Assembly (NCBI GenBank): GCA_964352425.1
Contig: CAYGRZ010000005.1
Span: forward strand, 1 to 61,206
DNA length: 61,206 bases
DNA from: an uncultured Planctomycetia bacterium
Lineage (GTDB): Bacteria > Omnitrophota > Gorgyraeia > 2-01-FULL-45-10
Direction: 5' to 3'
Both the position numbers and the translations under genes were made by a program. Shown here in pieces: positions 16,107 to 25,809 of this stretch (position 1 is its first letter; the number at the start of each line of letters is the position of its first letter). The notes below the pieces were generated by a model that saw only the letters and a program-made list of their open reading frames with translations, was not told the DNA's origin and searched no databases.

Positions 16107-18523
16107 AGCGCCCTTTTCTCGGCATCACCATATCGTTTTGCCTCGGCATAATAATATCCCGTCTTCTCAGCATCCCGATTGTCTATCCGCTTGCGTTAAG
16201 CTCCGTCTTTCTGGGAGCGGCTCTTTTTTTCAGGGCTCAGGTCTCGCGCGCGCACGCGAGCCTGTATCTCGCCATACTGTTTCTCGGCATGGCGCATTAC
16301 CAGAATTCCTGCACGTTGGCGCGCGACCACATATATAACCTGATATCGGATGAGCCCCGCAAGGCCTTTGTTATCGGTACGATCGTCGACGACCCGGTCA
16401 CCGAGAGGACGCCATACGGCATGAGGACGCGTTTTACATTGAAGGCCGATTACGTCAAAGATGATTCTACCGTGCGCGCTCGAACAGGGCTTATCGCGGT
16501 CAGCGCCTATCCGGAGGAGGCCGCCCGGTTCCGATACCGAGACACCGTCCTGCTCGACGCTCTCATCTCCAGGCCGTCGGGCCTGAAGAACCCCGGGCTC
16601 TTCGATTACGTAAAGTATCTGGAGACAAAGAATATCTACGTCGTCCTCAGGGTCAAAGACGGGAACCGCGCGTCCGTTATGAAGCGTGCCGGCGTGCTAT
16701 CGGTGCAAGGCCTCGCGTACAGGTTGCGGGGCAGGGCCAGGGCTTTGTTTGACCGGTATATCGACGAACCATACAGTGGCTTCCTGAAAGCCATAATGAT
16801 AGGGGACAGGGTCGGCCTCGAATATGACATCAAAGACGATTTCGTGAAGACGGGCACCGTCCACATCATCGCCATAAGCGGCCTGAACGTCACGCTGATA
16901 GCGGCCCTCGTCCTGGCGGCCTTTGGCATTCTCAGGATCCCGAAGAAGGCCAACCTCGTGCTGACGATCGCTTTCCTCGTCGTATATTCGTTCATGGCGG
17001 GCTCCGGCGCGCCCATCATACGGGCCGTGATCATCTTCGCGATCATCGCTGTAGGCTACATGATCGGCAGGCAGACCGACATGCTGAACTCGCTTGCGGT
17101 CGCCGCATTCCTGATACTCGTCTGGAACCCGAAGGGGCTCTTCGACCCGAGCTTCCAGCTGTCGTTCGTATCCGTCGCCTCCATTATCATATTCGCGCCG
17201 CGGATAAACGCGGCGCTGAAGGCCGACGACATCCGGAGAGACCGGTTTTCCGGCAGGGCGAAGTTTTACCTGTTGAGCGGCATATCGGTCTCGATAGCGG
17301 CATGGATCGGGACGTGGCCGTTCGTCGCCGCGTACTTCAATATACTGTCGCCTGTCGCGATCGTCGCAAACCTCTTCGTCGTGCCGATGCTCTTTGTGCT
17401 GACGGTCGCCTCGGCGCTCTTTCTCTTTGTCAGCCCCATATCGGTCCTGTGCGCGAATTCGCTGGCGTACGCGCTCGAGATGATGTGCCGGGCGCTTTTT
17501 TCGGTCAATGGCTTCCTTGCGCGGCTGCCGTGTTCGTATTTCAGGATCCCGACGGTGTCGGCGGCCCTGGCGGCCGTCTACTACGCCCTCGTCTTTTTAT
17601 GGATAGCGCCGCCGCCGGCGCTGCGGCACATCCGGATCGGTAAACGCAGGATCCTTATAACCGTCCTGGTGATCCTCAACATCCTGGCCTGGAAAGAAGC
17701 CGCCTCGCCGGTGCGCGATGCCATGCGGATCACCTTCCTCGACGTCGGCCAGGGTGATGCCGCGTTCATCGAATTTCCCGGCAAAGGGAATATGCTTATC
17801 GACGCGGGGAGCGCAGGGGAAGACGGGAGATCTGATATGGGCCGGTCCGTCGTCGCGCCGTATCTCTGGAACAAGTCCGTCTCGAGGATCGACGCTATCG
17901 TCGTGACGCACATGCATGCCGACCACGTGGGCGGCGTTATATATATGCTGGACAATTTTAGGATCGGTGCCGTCATCGACGACGGCTCATCGGCCGCCGG
18001 CAGCGATGTTTACAGAGCGTATGTGAAGGCGATCGAAGCCAGCGGCGTCCGGCATATTACCGTCGGGGCGGGGGATACGATCGGCATCTCCGACGGCGTG
18101 CGGGTATCGGTCCTGAATCCGGTGCGGGGAACCTCGTCGGGCTTAAACGATGACACGATCGCGCTGAAAATATCGTACGGGAATTTCAGCGCGCTCTTCT
18201 GCGGCGATATCATGGCCGCGTCGGTCGAAAATATCGTCACCAGGTACGGCGCGTTTCTAAAATCAAATGTCATAAAAGTGCCGCATCACGGCGGAAATCT
18301 CGGCGACGAGTCAACAATTAAAAAATTTTATTTTACAATCGCTCCGGAAGTTACTGTGATCAGCGTAGGCAAATCGAACCGTTACAGGATGCCATCGAGC
18401 AATATGCTGCATATCTTAAGTACCTTAAATGCAAAGAGTTACATCACTAAAGATGACGGCGCTATCCTTGTGATCGCGAAACCGGATTTTTACGAAATTT
18501 CCACGCCTGCGAGGCTTAACTAA
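16103..18523 (+). CDS. comEC: DNA internalisation competence protein ComEC/Rec2
   Basis: 806 aa. Competence domain (GTVHIIAISGLNV) plus C-terminal metallo-beta-lactamase domain (VTHMHADHVGG). Confidence 0.9.
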   Translation: MKRPFLGITISFCLGIIISRLLSIPIVYPLALSSVFLGAALFFRAQVSRAHASLYLAILFLGMAHYQNSCTLARDHIYNLISDEPRKAFVIGTIVDDPVTERTPYGMRTRFTLKADYVKDDSTVRARTGLIAVSAYPEEAARFRYRDTVLLDALISRPSGLKNPGLFDYVKYLETKNIYVVLRVKDGNRASVMKRAGVLSVQGLAYRLRGRARALFDRYIDEPYSGFLKAIMIGDRVGLEYDIKDDFVKTGTVHIIAISGLNVTLIAALVLAAFGILRIPKKANLVLTIAFLVVYSFMAGSGAPIIRAVIIFAIIAVGYMIGRQTDMLNSLAVAAFLILVWNPKGLFDPSFQLSFVSVASIIIFAPRINAALKADDIRRDRFSGRAKFYLLSGISVSIAAWIGTWPFVAAYFNILSPVAIVANLFVVPMLFVLTVASALFLFVSPISVLCANSLAYALEMMCRALFSVNGFLARLPCSYFRIPTVSAALAAVYYALVFLWIAPPPALRHIRIGKRRILITVLVILNILAWKEAASPVRDAMRITFLDVGQGDAAFIEFPGKGNMLIDAGSAGEDGRSDMGRSVVAPYLWNKSVSRIDAIVVTHMHADHVGGVIYMLDNFRIGAVIDDGSSAAGSDVYRAYVKAIEASGVRHITVGAGDTIGISDGVRVSVLNPVRGTSSGLNDDTIALKISYGNFSALFCGDIMAASVENIVTRYGAFLKSNVIKVPHHGGNLGDESTIKKFYFTIAPEVTVISVGKSNRYRMPSSNMLHILSTLNAKSYITKDDGAILVIAKPDFYEISTPARLN

Positions 18524-18540
18524 CTTTTTTATATCTTACC

Positions 18541-18569
18541 TTGACAAACTTTTTGAATTATGATACATT
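18541..18569 (+). promoter_or_regulatory. Putative sigma70 promoter of the PilZ gene
   Basis: TTGACA 18541-18546, 17-nt spacer, TACATT 18564-18569. Confidence 0.5.
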
Positions 18570-18617
18570 TGAAGCACAAATTGAATAATATATAATTTAT
18601 AACTCGGGGAGAAACGG

Positions 18618-18992
18618 ATGCAAAACGTGGAAAATTTCACGAACGTAGAAGAGAAGAGGAAGTTCAAGAGAGTTGATTCAGGCCTGCAGGTCCAGTATAA
18701 AAATCTGAGACAGGCAAGCGAATTGCCCGTCGGCTCATTGACGAAGAATGTGAGCGAGGGTGGGGTCTGCTTTAAATCCAGCAAGTTCATCTCTCTGGCG
18801 TGCCGCCTTGTCCTGGAGATCAGCATCCCCAACTCGCCGAAGCCGATCAAGGCGATCTCGAAGGTCGCGTGGATCAGGAAGATCCCGTCAAGCGACCAGT
18901 ATGAGCTCGGCAACCAGTTCCTCGAGATCACCAGGGAAGATAAGGCGAACGTCATGAATTTCGTGAATGAGTCGCTGAAGACCACCCTCTAG
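18618..18992 (+). CDS. PilZ-domain protein
   Basis: EKRKFKRV (RxxxR-like) and NVSEGGVCF (D/NxSxxG) c-di-GMP-binding motifs. Confidence 0.8.
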   Translation: MQNVENFTNVEEKRKFKRVDSGLQVQYKNLRQASELPVGSLTKNVSEGGVCFKSSKFISLACRLVLEISIPNSPKPIKAISKVAWIRKIPSSDQYELGNQFLEITREDKANVMNFVNESLKTTL

Positions 18993-19013
18993 GATCAAGC
19001 CTCCTGCCGCTTC

Positions 19014-19046
19014 AAATCATCCCTCCAATGAGTGATTTCTTTTTTT
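19014..19046 (+). terminator. Rho-independent terminator after the PilZ gene
   Basis: AAATCAT...GTGATTT stem followed by a T7 run. Confidence 0.5.
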
Positions 19047-19087
19047 GACTATTGGCGCACGTACGTGGTATAATCTCCCCTGATCAT

Positions 19088-20887
19088 ATGAGAAGAAAAC
19101 TGCTTATTATAGCCTCGGCCGCGATCGTATCATCACTATTGTTCCTCAGTACCGCCTCCGCCTACTGGGTCTGGACGCCGGAGACCAAGAAATTCATAAA
19201 TCCCAAGTACGCCGTTAAGGACAGCCCCAAAGAGCAGTTCGATTGGGCGATGACTTTCTATGACGCCAGGGACTACGAGAGGGCGGCCTTCGAATTCGAT
19301 AAGCTCACCAGGAACTACGAGTATTCCGAATATGCGGCGAAGGCGCAGTATCACGTCGGCCTGTGCTACGAGAGCGAGGGGAAGTATTACCTTGCCTTCC
19401 AGAATTACCAGAAAGCGGTAGACAATTTCCCTCATATCGACAATATAGATGAGATCAGCGCCAGGGAGTTCAATATAGGGCACATATTTGCGCAGAAAGA
19501 GAACCCGAAGGTCCTCGGCACCGATATCATGACGTCGTTCGACAGGGCCATCGAGATATACAAGAAGGTCGTTGAGAACGCGCCGTTCGGGAAGATCGCG
19601 GACCAGGCGCAGTTCAAGCTCGGCGAGACGATGAAGACGGCCGGCAGGTACGACGAGGCCACGGTGGTATTCCAGAAGTTCGTAGAGGATTATCCCAACT
19701 CGCCGCTGGCGGAAAAGGCGCGGTATGAGGTGGCCAATTGCGCGTACAGGGCGTCCCTGCAGCCGGCATATGACGCGGCGCCCACCGACAAGGCGATAAA
19801 GGCGTTCGAAGAATTCACCGAGGCAAATAAAGACACGCAATTGTCGAAGGAAGCGGACCAGACCCTCCTGCGCCTTAAGGACAAGGCCGCCGAGAAGTCG
19901 ATGATGACCGCCGAGTTCTATGAGAGGACGAAGCATTATGACAGCGCCGCGGTCTATTATAAGGATGTCCTGGAGCGGTTCCCCGACAGCACGATCGCGC
20001 CGATAGCGAAGAAGAGGATAGAGGAGATCCAGGCCAGGAAGGTCCCTGCCGAGAGAAAGAACTGGCTGGCGTGGCCCGGAAGCGGTAAGAAGCAGGAGAA
20101 GAAGGTCGAGGGCGCGCAGGCGCAGAAAGAAGGTCAGGCGCAGCCCGCGCCGGCTAAAAAAGAAAAAAGCAAAGGATGGTTCCCCTGGTTCGGCAAGGGT
20201 GAGAAGGAAAAGAAAGCAGCCGGTGAGGTTGCTCAGCCTGCCGAGGTGCCCGCTCAGGCGCTGTCCGGTGTGGCTGAAGAGGTTCCCCAGCCGGCACCTA
20301 TGCCTATTACAGTGGAAGAGAAGAAAGAAGTTGCTGCGCCGCCTGCGCCGGCAGTTACGGCTTCAGAACCGCCACCGGCACCCGTTGCAGAGAAAATAGA
20401 AGAGCCGGCGCCGGCCGTTCCGCAGAGGGCGCAGGCCGGCCCGACGAGCGTCAAGGTCTATTTCGAGGAGAAGCCGGCCGAAAAGCTCGTGCCACGACCG
20501 GTGGAGCCGCCTCGCGATGTAGTGAAAACGGGCTGGCAGCCATTCACATTTGAAAAGAAAGCTGCCGTAAAAGAGACGGTAAAAGAAACGAAAAAGATAA
20601 AAGAGACGAAAGAAGCGAAGGGCCGGGATTCAGGCTGGTTCCCGTTCAAATTTGACAAGAAGGATAAGGGCCCGAAAGAGCCGGCGCCGGTAAAGCCGGC
20701 AGCGCAACCGAAGAAGGACATCGGGAAGCCAGCCAGGAAAGGGTGGCTTCCGTTCGCGTTCGGCGGCAAGGAAGAGGGCCAAAAGGGTGAGCCGAAGAGC
20801 GCGCAAGAGCCCGTTAAAAAGGGGTGGAAGCCTCTAAACTTTGAGAAGAAAGGAACGTCAGGAGAAGGGGGCGGTAAAAATGAATAA
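19088..20887 (+). CDS. BamD/YfiO-like TPR protein with a roughly 280-aa repetitive low-complexity C-terminal extension
   Basis: Signal peptide, then BamD-like TPR helices (QFDWAMTFYDARDYERAAFEFDKL..., AQYHVGLCYE...). The tail is P/A/E/K-rich with five GW-P-F-F-KK motifs. Upstream: TTGACT-N18-TGgTATAAT at 19045-19074. Confidence 0.55.
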   Translation: MRRKLLIIASAAIVSSLLFLSTASAYWVWTPETKKFINPKYAVKDSPKEQFDWAMTFYDARDYERAAFEFDKLTRNYEYSEYAAKAQYHVGLCYESEGKYYLAFQNYQKAVDNFPHIDNIDEISAREFNIGHIFAQKENPKVLGTDIMTSFDRAIEIYKKVVENAPFGKIADQAQFKLGETMKTAGRYDEATVVFQKFVEDYPNSPLAEKARYEVANCAYRASLQPAYDAAPTDKAIKAFEEFTEANKDTQLSKEADQTLLRLKDKAAEKSMMTAEFYERTKHYDSAAVYYKDVLERFPDSTIAPIAKKRIEEIQARKVPAERKNWLAWPGSGKKQEKKVEGAQAQKEGQAQPAPAKKEKSKGWFPWFGKGEKEKKAAGEVAQPAEVPAQALSGVAEEVPQPAPMPITVEEKKEVAAPPAPAVTASEPPPAPVAEKIEEPAPAVPQRAQAGPTSVKVYFEEKPAEKLVPRPVEPPRDVVKTGWQPFTFEKKAAVKETVKETKKIKETKEAKGRDSGWFPFKFDKKDKGPKEPAPVKPAAQPKKDIGKPARKGWLPFAFGGKEEGQKGEPKSAQEPVKKGWKPLNFEKKGTSGEGGGKNE

Positions 20888-21419
20888 ATCGTTTATTATT
20901 TTATCACTGGTTGCCGTAGTGTCTACCGCCGGGTGCGGGTATACAACCCGTTCGCTGCTCCCTTCCGAATACAAGACGATCCGCGTAGAAAACGTCAAGA
21001 ACAGCATCAATGTCACGGCGGAGCAGAATGACCTGAGGATGTACAGGGGGTACAGGCCCGGCATGGAAGTCGACCTGACGAAGGCGATCATAGACCGGTA
21101 TCTCTTCGACGGCAACCTCAAGATCGCACCGGAAGGCAGCGCAGATCTTGTGTTGCAGAGCGAGCTGATAGATTTCGTAAGGGACCCGCTGCGGTATGAC
21201 GCAAATAACAATATAGACGAATACAGGATAAAGCTTATAGTCAACATGGAGCTGCGGGACGCGAAGACCGGAAAGACGCTCTGGAAAGAGCGCAGCTTCG
21301 CGGGCGAGACTACATATTATACGACCGGCACGAACGCCAAAAGCGAGAGTGGCGCCGTGAATGACGCGGTCAAGGACCTTGCCAGGCGCATAGTCGAAAG
21401 AACCGTTGAGGCATGGTAG
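20880..21419 (+). CDS. lptE: LPS-assembly lipoprotein LptE
   Basis: Lipobox VSTAG-C. LptE-like length and pattern. Conserved lptE-holA adjacency, as in E. coli leuS-lptE-holA. Confidence 0.7.
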   Translation: MNKSFIILSLVAVVSTAGCGYTTRSLLPSEYKTIRVENVKNSINVTAEQNDLRMYRGYRPGMEVDLTKAIIDRYLFDGNLKIAPEGSADLVLQSELIDFVRDPLRYDANNNIDEYRIKLIVNMELRDAKTGKTLWKERSFAGETTYYTTGTNAKSESGAVNDAVKDLARRIVERTVEAW

Positions 21420-22417
21420 GCGAGCCATCAGCACGATCCCCGGTGTATGCGTTTGTAGGCGAAGATAAGTATCTAAAAGAAAAAGCCTTAAAAGACCTCG
21501 GCTCATCCCTCCTCGGCGACCCCTCCAAAGAACTTGATTATAAAGTGTTCCACGGCGCCGATGCCGACCCGAAAGAAGTCCTCGATTACATAAATACCGT
21601 CCCGTTCCTTGCCGATAAAAGGCTCGCCGTCATAAAAGACGCCGACAAGGTAACGGCCGAGCTGCAGGAAAGCCTGGTCAAGTATATCAGGAAGCCGTCA
21701 AAGTCGACGTGCCTGGTGCTCGAGATCGCGGATGAGGGAACGCTCGAAGATTACGGCGAGGTGATCCGGCAGGTCAGCGTCAGGAGATTCGGCAAGGTGG
21801 CAGGCCACGAGCTCGTATCGTGGATAAAAGATTTTCTATCCGCGATCGGCAAGGAGATAGACCCGGATGCCGTGATGCTGCTGAAGGAGCTGCAGGGGCA
21901 GGGCCTTCTCTCGCTGGCCCGGGAGATGGAGAAGCTTGCCTCATTCACCGGCGACCGGAAGAAGATATCGATCGGCGACGTTGAAGAGATCGTCGGCAGG
22001 AGCCTTACGCTGTCGGCCTTCGATATCACGAACGCGATAGGCGAGAAAAAGGTGAACGACGCGCTGCGGGTGTGTTTTGACCTGATACAGTCGGGGAAGA
22101 AGGAATACGAGATCGTAGGGCTTTTGTGCTGGCACCTGAAGCGGGTCCTGAAAGCGAAGAGCATGCAGGCAAAGCGGATGAGCGATTACCAGATTGCGGG
22201 CGCCCTGAGGATAGGCCGGCAGTATCAGGGCGAGTTTTTCAGGCAGGTCTCAGGCCTCACGATGGGCCAGATACGGTCAAAGATAGAGGCGCTGCTGGAG
22301 GCGGACCTGGATATAAAAAGGACCAGGGTCGATCCGAACCTGGTCCTGGAGTTTGCTATTATAAGGTTATGTCTTGGTACTTCGACGGCGCTTGGCGCCG
22401 CCCAGTACCAATCCTGA
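21413..22417 (+). CDS. holA: DNA polymerase III subunit delta
   Basis: 334 aa. N-terminal PVYAFVGEDKYL..., LADKRLAVIKDADK, and C-terminal delta-domain helices. Confidence 0.85.
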   Translation: MVGEPSARSPVYAFVGEDKYLKEKALKDLGSSLLGDPSKELDYKVFHGADADPKEVLDYINTVPFLADKRLAVIKDADKVTAELQESLVKYIRKPSKSTCLVLEIADEGTLEDYGEVIRQVSVRRFGKVAGHELVSWIKDFLSAIGKEIDPDAVMLLKELQGQGLLSLAREMEKLASFTGDRKKISIGDVEEIVGRSLTLSAFDITNAIGEKKVNDALRVCFDLIQSGKKEYEIVGLLCWHLKRVLKAKSMQAKRMSDYQIAGALRIGRQYQGEFFRQVSGLTMGQIRSKIEALLEADLDIKRTRVDPNLVLEFAIIRLCLGTSTALGAAQYQS

Positions 22418-22421
22418 GCAT

Positions 22422-22445
22422 ATTTGCGGCCTAAAGACCGCAAAT
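22422..22445. terminator. Bidirectional hairpin between convergent holA and rpsT
   Basis: ATTTGCGG-cctaaaga-CCGCAAAT, an 8-bp perfect stem. Confidence 0.5.
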
Positions 22446-22720
22446 TACGTCGAAGGATTGGATAGGGACGAGAGCTTCTTCATCAGGCGGGAAATCTTCC
22501 TGGACGCCGTATTTCTTTTGACGACCCCTTTTGAGGCGGCTTTATCTATTTTTGAGACAAGAAGCGTGAGGGCCTTTTTCGCTTCATCTGCCTTTTTAGC
22601 CGAGATAAACTTGTCGTAATTTTTTAACAGCGTCTTCAGTTCGGTCTTGGTAGAGATGTTCTTGAAGTGCCTCAGCTTCGATTTTCTGATCTCTTTATAT
22701 GCGGCTCTTTTTATCGGCAA
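22445..22720 (-). CDS. rpsT: 30S ribosomal protein S20
   Basis: 91 aa: (M)PIKRAAYKEIRKSKLRH...KAASKGVVKRNTASRKISRLMKKL. TTG start 6 nt after GGAGGAG. The 197-aa ORF in the track is an upstream extension. Confidence 0.85.
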   Translation of the reverse strand: MPIKRAAYKEIRKSKLRHFKNISTKTELKTLLKNYDKFISAKKADEAKKALTLLVSKIDKAASKGVVKRNTASRKISRLMKKLSSLSNPST

Positions 22721-22783
22721 TGTGTACTCCTCCAAATTTCCGGTTATTATAGCATTTCGAACAGGTGAGGTCAACTTTTTTAT

Positions 22784-24322
22784 ATGAGCAAAAAAAGCCT
22801 GATACGATCGACCGGTGTCATAAGCGCCGCCACGGTGGTGAGCAGGGTGCTGGGTTTCGTCAGGGACATAGTGCTTGCCGGCCTGTTCGGGACCAGCATC
22901 GGCGCCCAGGCCTTTGTCGTGGCGTTCAGGATCCCCAACAGCCTCCGCGACCTGGTGGGCGAAGGCGCCGCGAATGCCGCGATCGTCCCCGTCCTTTCCG
23001 AGTATAAGGCCCTCAAGGATGAGAAGGAGTTCCTGCACGTCTCGCGCGTGCTCTTTAATATATCGTTCGTGATACTGTCGGTGTTGGCGGTCCTCGGAGT
23101 CATATTCTCGCCCCTGATAGTGCGGATACTGGCCCCCGGTTTCATGAGTGAGCCCGAGAAGTTCGCGCTTACGGTGAAGCTGAACAGGGCCATATTTCCC
23201 TACCTTATCCTGGTAGGCCTTACCGCGTACTCGATGGGTGTCCTGAACTCGCTGAAGCGTTTTGCCGCGCCGGCGTTCGGGCCGGCCCTGATGAACATCG
23301 CGATGATCGCGGCGGCGCTATGGCTGTGTCCGAAGATAGGCGTGATGGGCCTTGCGATAGGCGTCCTGGCCGGAGGGGTTTTCCAGTTACTGCTGAATAT
23401 CCCGTACATGTATAAAGAAGGGGTAAGCCTCAGTTTCCGCGACGGCCTCCGCCATGCGGCGGTAGGGCGGATAGGCAGGCTCCTGGTGCCGCGGGCTCTC
23501 GGCTCGGCCGTCTACCAGATCAACATATTTGTCGATATGATACTGGCGTCGCTTGCATGGATAGTCGGCGCAGGCGGGGTCGCGGCCCTCTATTATGCCA
23601 ACAGGCTGCTGCAGTTTCCGCTCGCAATATTCGGGCTTGCGCTCGCCCAGGCCGCGCTCCCGAAGATGAGCCAGGAATTTGCCGCCAATGACATAGACAA
23701 GCTGAAGGACACACTCTCTTTTTCGCTTCGCATGGTCATCCTGATCATGGTGCCGGCAAGCTTTGGGCTCGCCATGCTCGGCGCACCGATAATAAAGATA
23801 TTGTTTGAGCGGGGCCAGTTTACCGCGTATTCGACGTCGATCACCCAGAGCGCCCTCTTCTTCTACTCGTTCGGGCTCCTGGCGTACGGCGGGATAAAGC
23901 TGCTTGTCACGGCATTCTACGCGATGCATGATACGATGACACCGGTCAGGACGGCGTGTGCCGCGGTCATCGTAAACGTCCTCCTGAGCATCATCCTGAT
24001 GTGGCCGCTTAAATTGGGCGGCCTGGCGCTTGCCACGTCCATCTCGGCGACGATCAATATGCTGGCCCTCTACAAAGTGCTTCGGAGAAAGATAGGCGAT
24101 TTCGGGACGAGCGCCATCATCGATTCGTTCCTGCGCGTGCTGCTGGCCAGCATCGTCATGGGCGCAGCCCTCAAGATAGTGTCGCTGGTATTCCCGGCAG
24201 CGTCTTGTGCGGGACTTCTCGTATCGATCGCCGCGGCGATAGCGACGTTCTTCACCGCCGCCTATATATGTAATGTGAAAGAGGTTAGGAGCATCCCGGC
24301 ATGGATCATAAAGAGAAGATAA
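22784..24322 (+). CDS. murJ: Lipid II flippase MurJ
   Basis: STGVISAATVVSRVLGFVRDIVLAGLFG is the canonical MurJ N-terminus. 14-TM MOP-family profile. Confidence 0.9.
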   Translation: MSKKSLIRSTGVISAATVVSRVLGFVRDIVLAGLFGTSIGAQAFVVAFRIPNSLRDLVGEGAANAAIVPVLSEYKALKDEKEFLHVSRVLFNISFVILSVLAVLGVIFSPLIVRILAPGFMSEPEKFALTVKLNRAIFPYLILVGLTAYSMGVLNSLKRFAAPAFGPALMNIAMIAAALWLCPKIGVMGLAIGVLAGGVFQLLLNIPYMYKEGVSLSFRDGLRHAAVGRIGRLLVPRALGSAVYQINIFVDMILASLAWIVGAGGVAALYYANRLLQFPLAIFGLALAQAALPKMSQEFAANDIDKLKDTLSFSLRMVILIMVPASFGLAMLGAPIIKILFERGQFTAYSTSITQSALFFYSFGLLAYGGIKLLVTAFYAMHDTMTPVRTACAAVIVNVLLSIILMWPLKLGGLALATSISATINMLALYKVLRRKIGDFGTSAIIDSFLRVLLASIVMGAALKIVSLVFPAASCAGLLVSIAAAIATFFTAAYICNVKEVRSIPAWIIKRR

Positions 24323-25764
24323 AGGACCTGCCGGGCTCCCCGGGCGTCTATATCATGAAGGGCGAGCATGCCGACGTCCTCTATGTCGGCAAAGCGCTCA
24401 ATATAAAGAAGAGGGTCTCGAGCTATTTTTACCGCAGCCGCAACCTTCCGGAGAGGCTGCGGATCATGGTCTCGCAGATCGCGGATATCTCGTATATACC
24501 GACGTCGACGGAGGCCGAGGCGCTCATTTACGAGAACAGCCTGATAAAACAGCTTGCGCCGAAATATAATGTCGCGCTGAGGGACGACAAGAGCTACCCG
24601 AGGTTAAAACTTACCATCAATGAAAAGTTCCCCCGCCTCTTCATCACCAGGCGCAAGGCGGACGACGGCGCCGCGTATTACGGCCCTTATACGGGCGCGA
24701 AGCTCCTGAAGCAGGCGGTGATAGAACTGCGGCAGATATTCCCCTTACGGAGCTGCGGCACGATGGCCAAGAGGCCCTGTCTCAACTACCACATCAACCA
24801 GTGTCTCGCGCCGTGCGCCGGCACAATCGGCGAGGCGCAGTACGCGGATATCGTCGCGGAGCTGAGGCTGTTCCTGGATGGGAAGATGTCTCAGCTTCTC
24901 AAATTCATCACTGCGAAGATGATGGCCGCGTCGACGCGCGAAGATTTTGAGGAAGCGGCGCGCTTAAGGAAGAGGATCGAGGCGTTCAGCTCGATGAAAG
25001 AGCAGGCCGTGATCTACAGGCCCATCGATGAGGTCGAGGAGCTTAAGTCCATGCTGGCCTTAAGCGCACCCGTCGAGGTGATCGAGGCCTTCGATGTTTC
25101 CAATATAATGGGGAAGGAAGCGGTCGGGTCGCTCGTCTGTTTCCATAAAGGAAGGCCGAGGAAGAGCCAGTACAGGAAGTTCCGGATAAGGACCGTCTCG
25201 GGCGTCGATGATTATTCGATGATGCGCGAGATAGTCCGCAGGAGATACGCGAGGGCGCTTGAGGAGAAGACGGCCCTGCCCGACCTGATATTGATAGACG
25301 GCGGGAAGGGGCATCTGGCTGCCGCTCTTGGAGAATTGGAGAAGCTCGGCCTCTCGAACATTCCGACTATCGGCATCGCTAAACCTGCCCGCCTGCATGG
25401 AGCTCCCGCTCGGGCAGGCGGGGAGTTTGAGCATGTTTATATGAAAGGCAGGGCGGAGCCTCTTATCCTGCCGAAGGATTCGAAGGCGCTCCACCTGCTG
25501 GAGCGGATACGGGACGAGGCCCACAGGTTCGCGATAACGTACCATAAGAGCCTGCGTTCAAAAAAGATAGGCTCTTCCGAACTCGACGGGATCCCGGGCA
25601 TAGGGCCGAAGAGGAAGAAGGCGCTGCTGGGCCATTTCGGCTCGGTCGATAAGGTCAGCGCGGCCTGCGTCGAAGAGCTCCTGAAGGTGGACGGTCTTGA
25701 CGAAAAGTCGGCGAGAAATATTATCGCGTATTTTAAGAAATACGTGAGCGCATCGAAGGGTTGA
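24301..25764 (+). CDS. uvrC: Excinuclease ABC subunit C (compact, 487 aa)
   Basis: GIY-YIG (PGVYIMKG...VLYVGKALNIKKRVSSYF), UVR motif (FEEAARLRKRIEA), RNase H-like endonuclease domain and C-terminal (HhH)2 (IPGIGPKRKKALL). Confidence 0.85.
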   Translation: MDHKEKIKDLPGSPGVYIMKGEHADVLYVGKALNIKKRVSSYFYRSRNLPERLRIMVSQIADISYIPTSTEAEALIYENSLIKQLAPKYNVALRDDKSYPRLKLTINEKFPRLFITRRKADDGAAYYGPYTGAKLLKQAVIELRQIFPLRSCGTMAKRPCLNYHINQCLAPCAGTIGEAQYADIVAELRLFLDGKMSQLLKFITAKMMAASTREDFEEAARLRKRIEAFSSMKEQAVIYRPIDEVEELKSMLALSAPVEVIEAFDVSNIMGKEAVGSLVCFHKGRPRKSQYRKFRIRTVSGVDDYSMMREIVRRRYARALEEKTALPDLILIDGGKGHLAAALGELEKLGLSNIPTIGIAKPARLHGAPARAGGEFEHVYMKGRAEPLILPKDSKALHLLERIRDEAHRFAITYHKSLRSKKIGSSELDGIPGIGPKRKKALLGHFGSVDKVSAACVEELLKVDGLDEKSARNIIAYFKKYVSASKG

Positions 25765-25809
25765 CTTACGGCAGGGGCGGCTGTTATAATCATTCAAAAG
25801 GCGCAGACT

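Noticed and set aside
22445-23038. 197-aa minus-strand ORF listed in the track.
   Set aside because: Only the last 91 codons match ribosomal protein S20, and they have their own RBS and TTG start. The upstream part overlaps murJ on the opposite strand.
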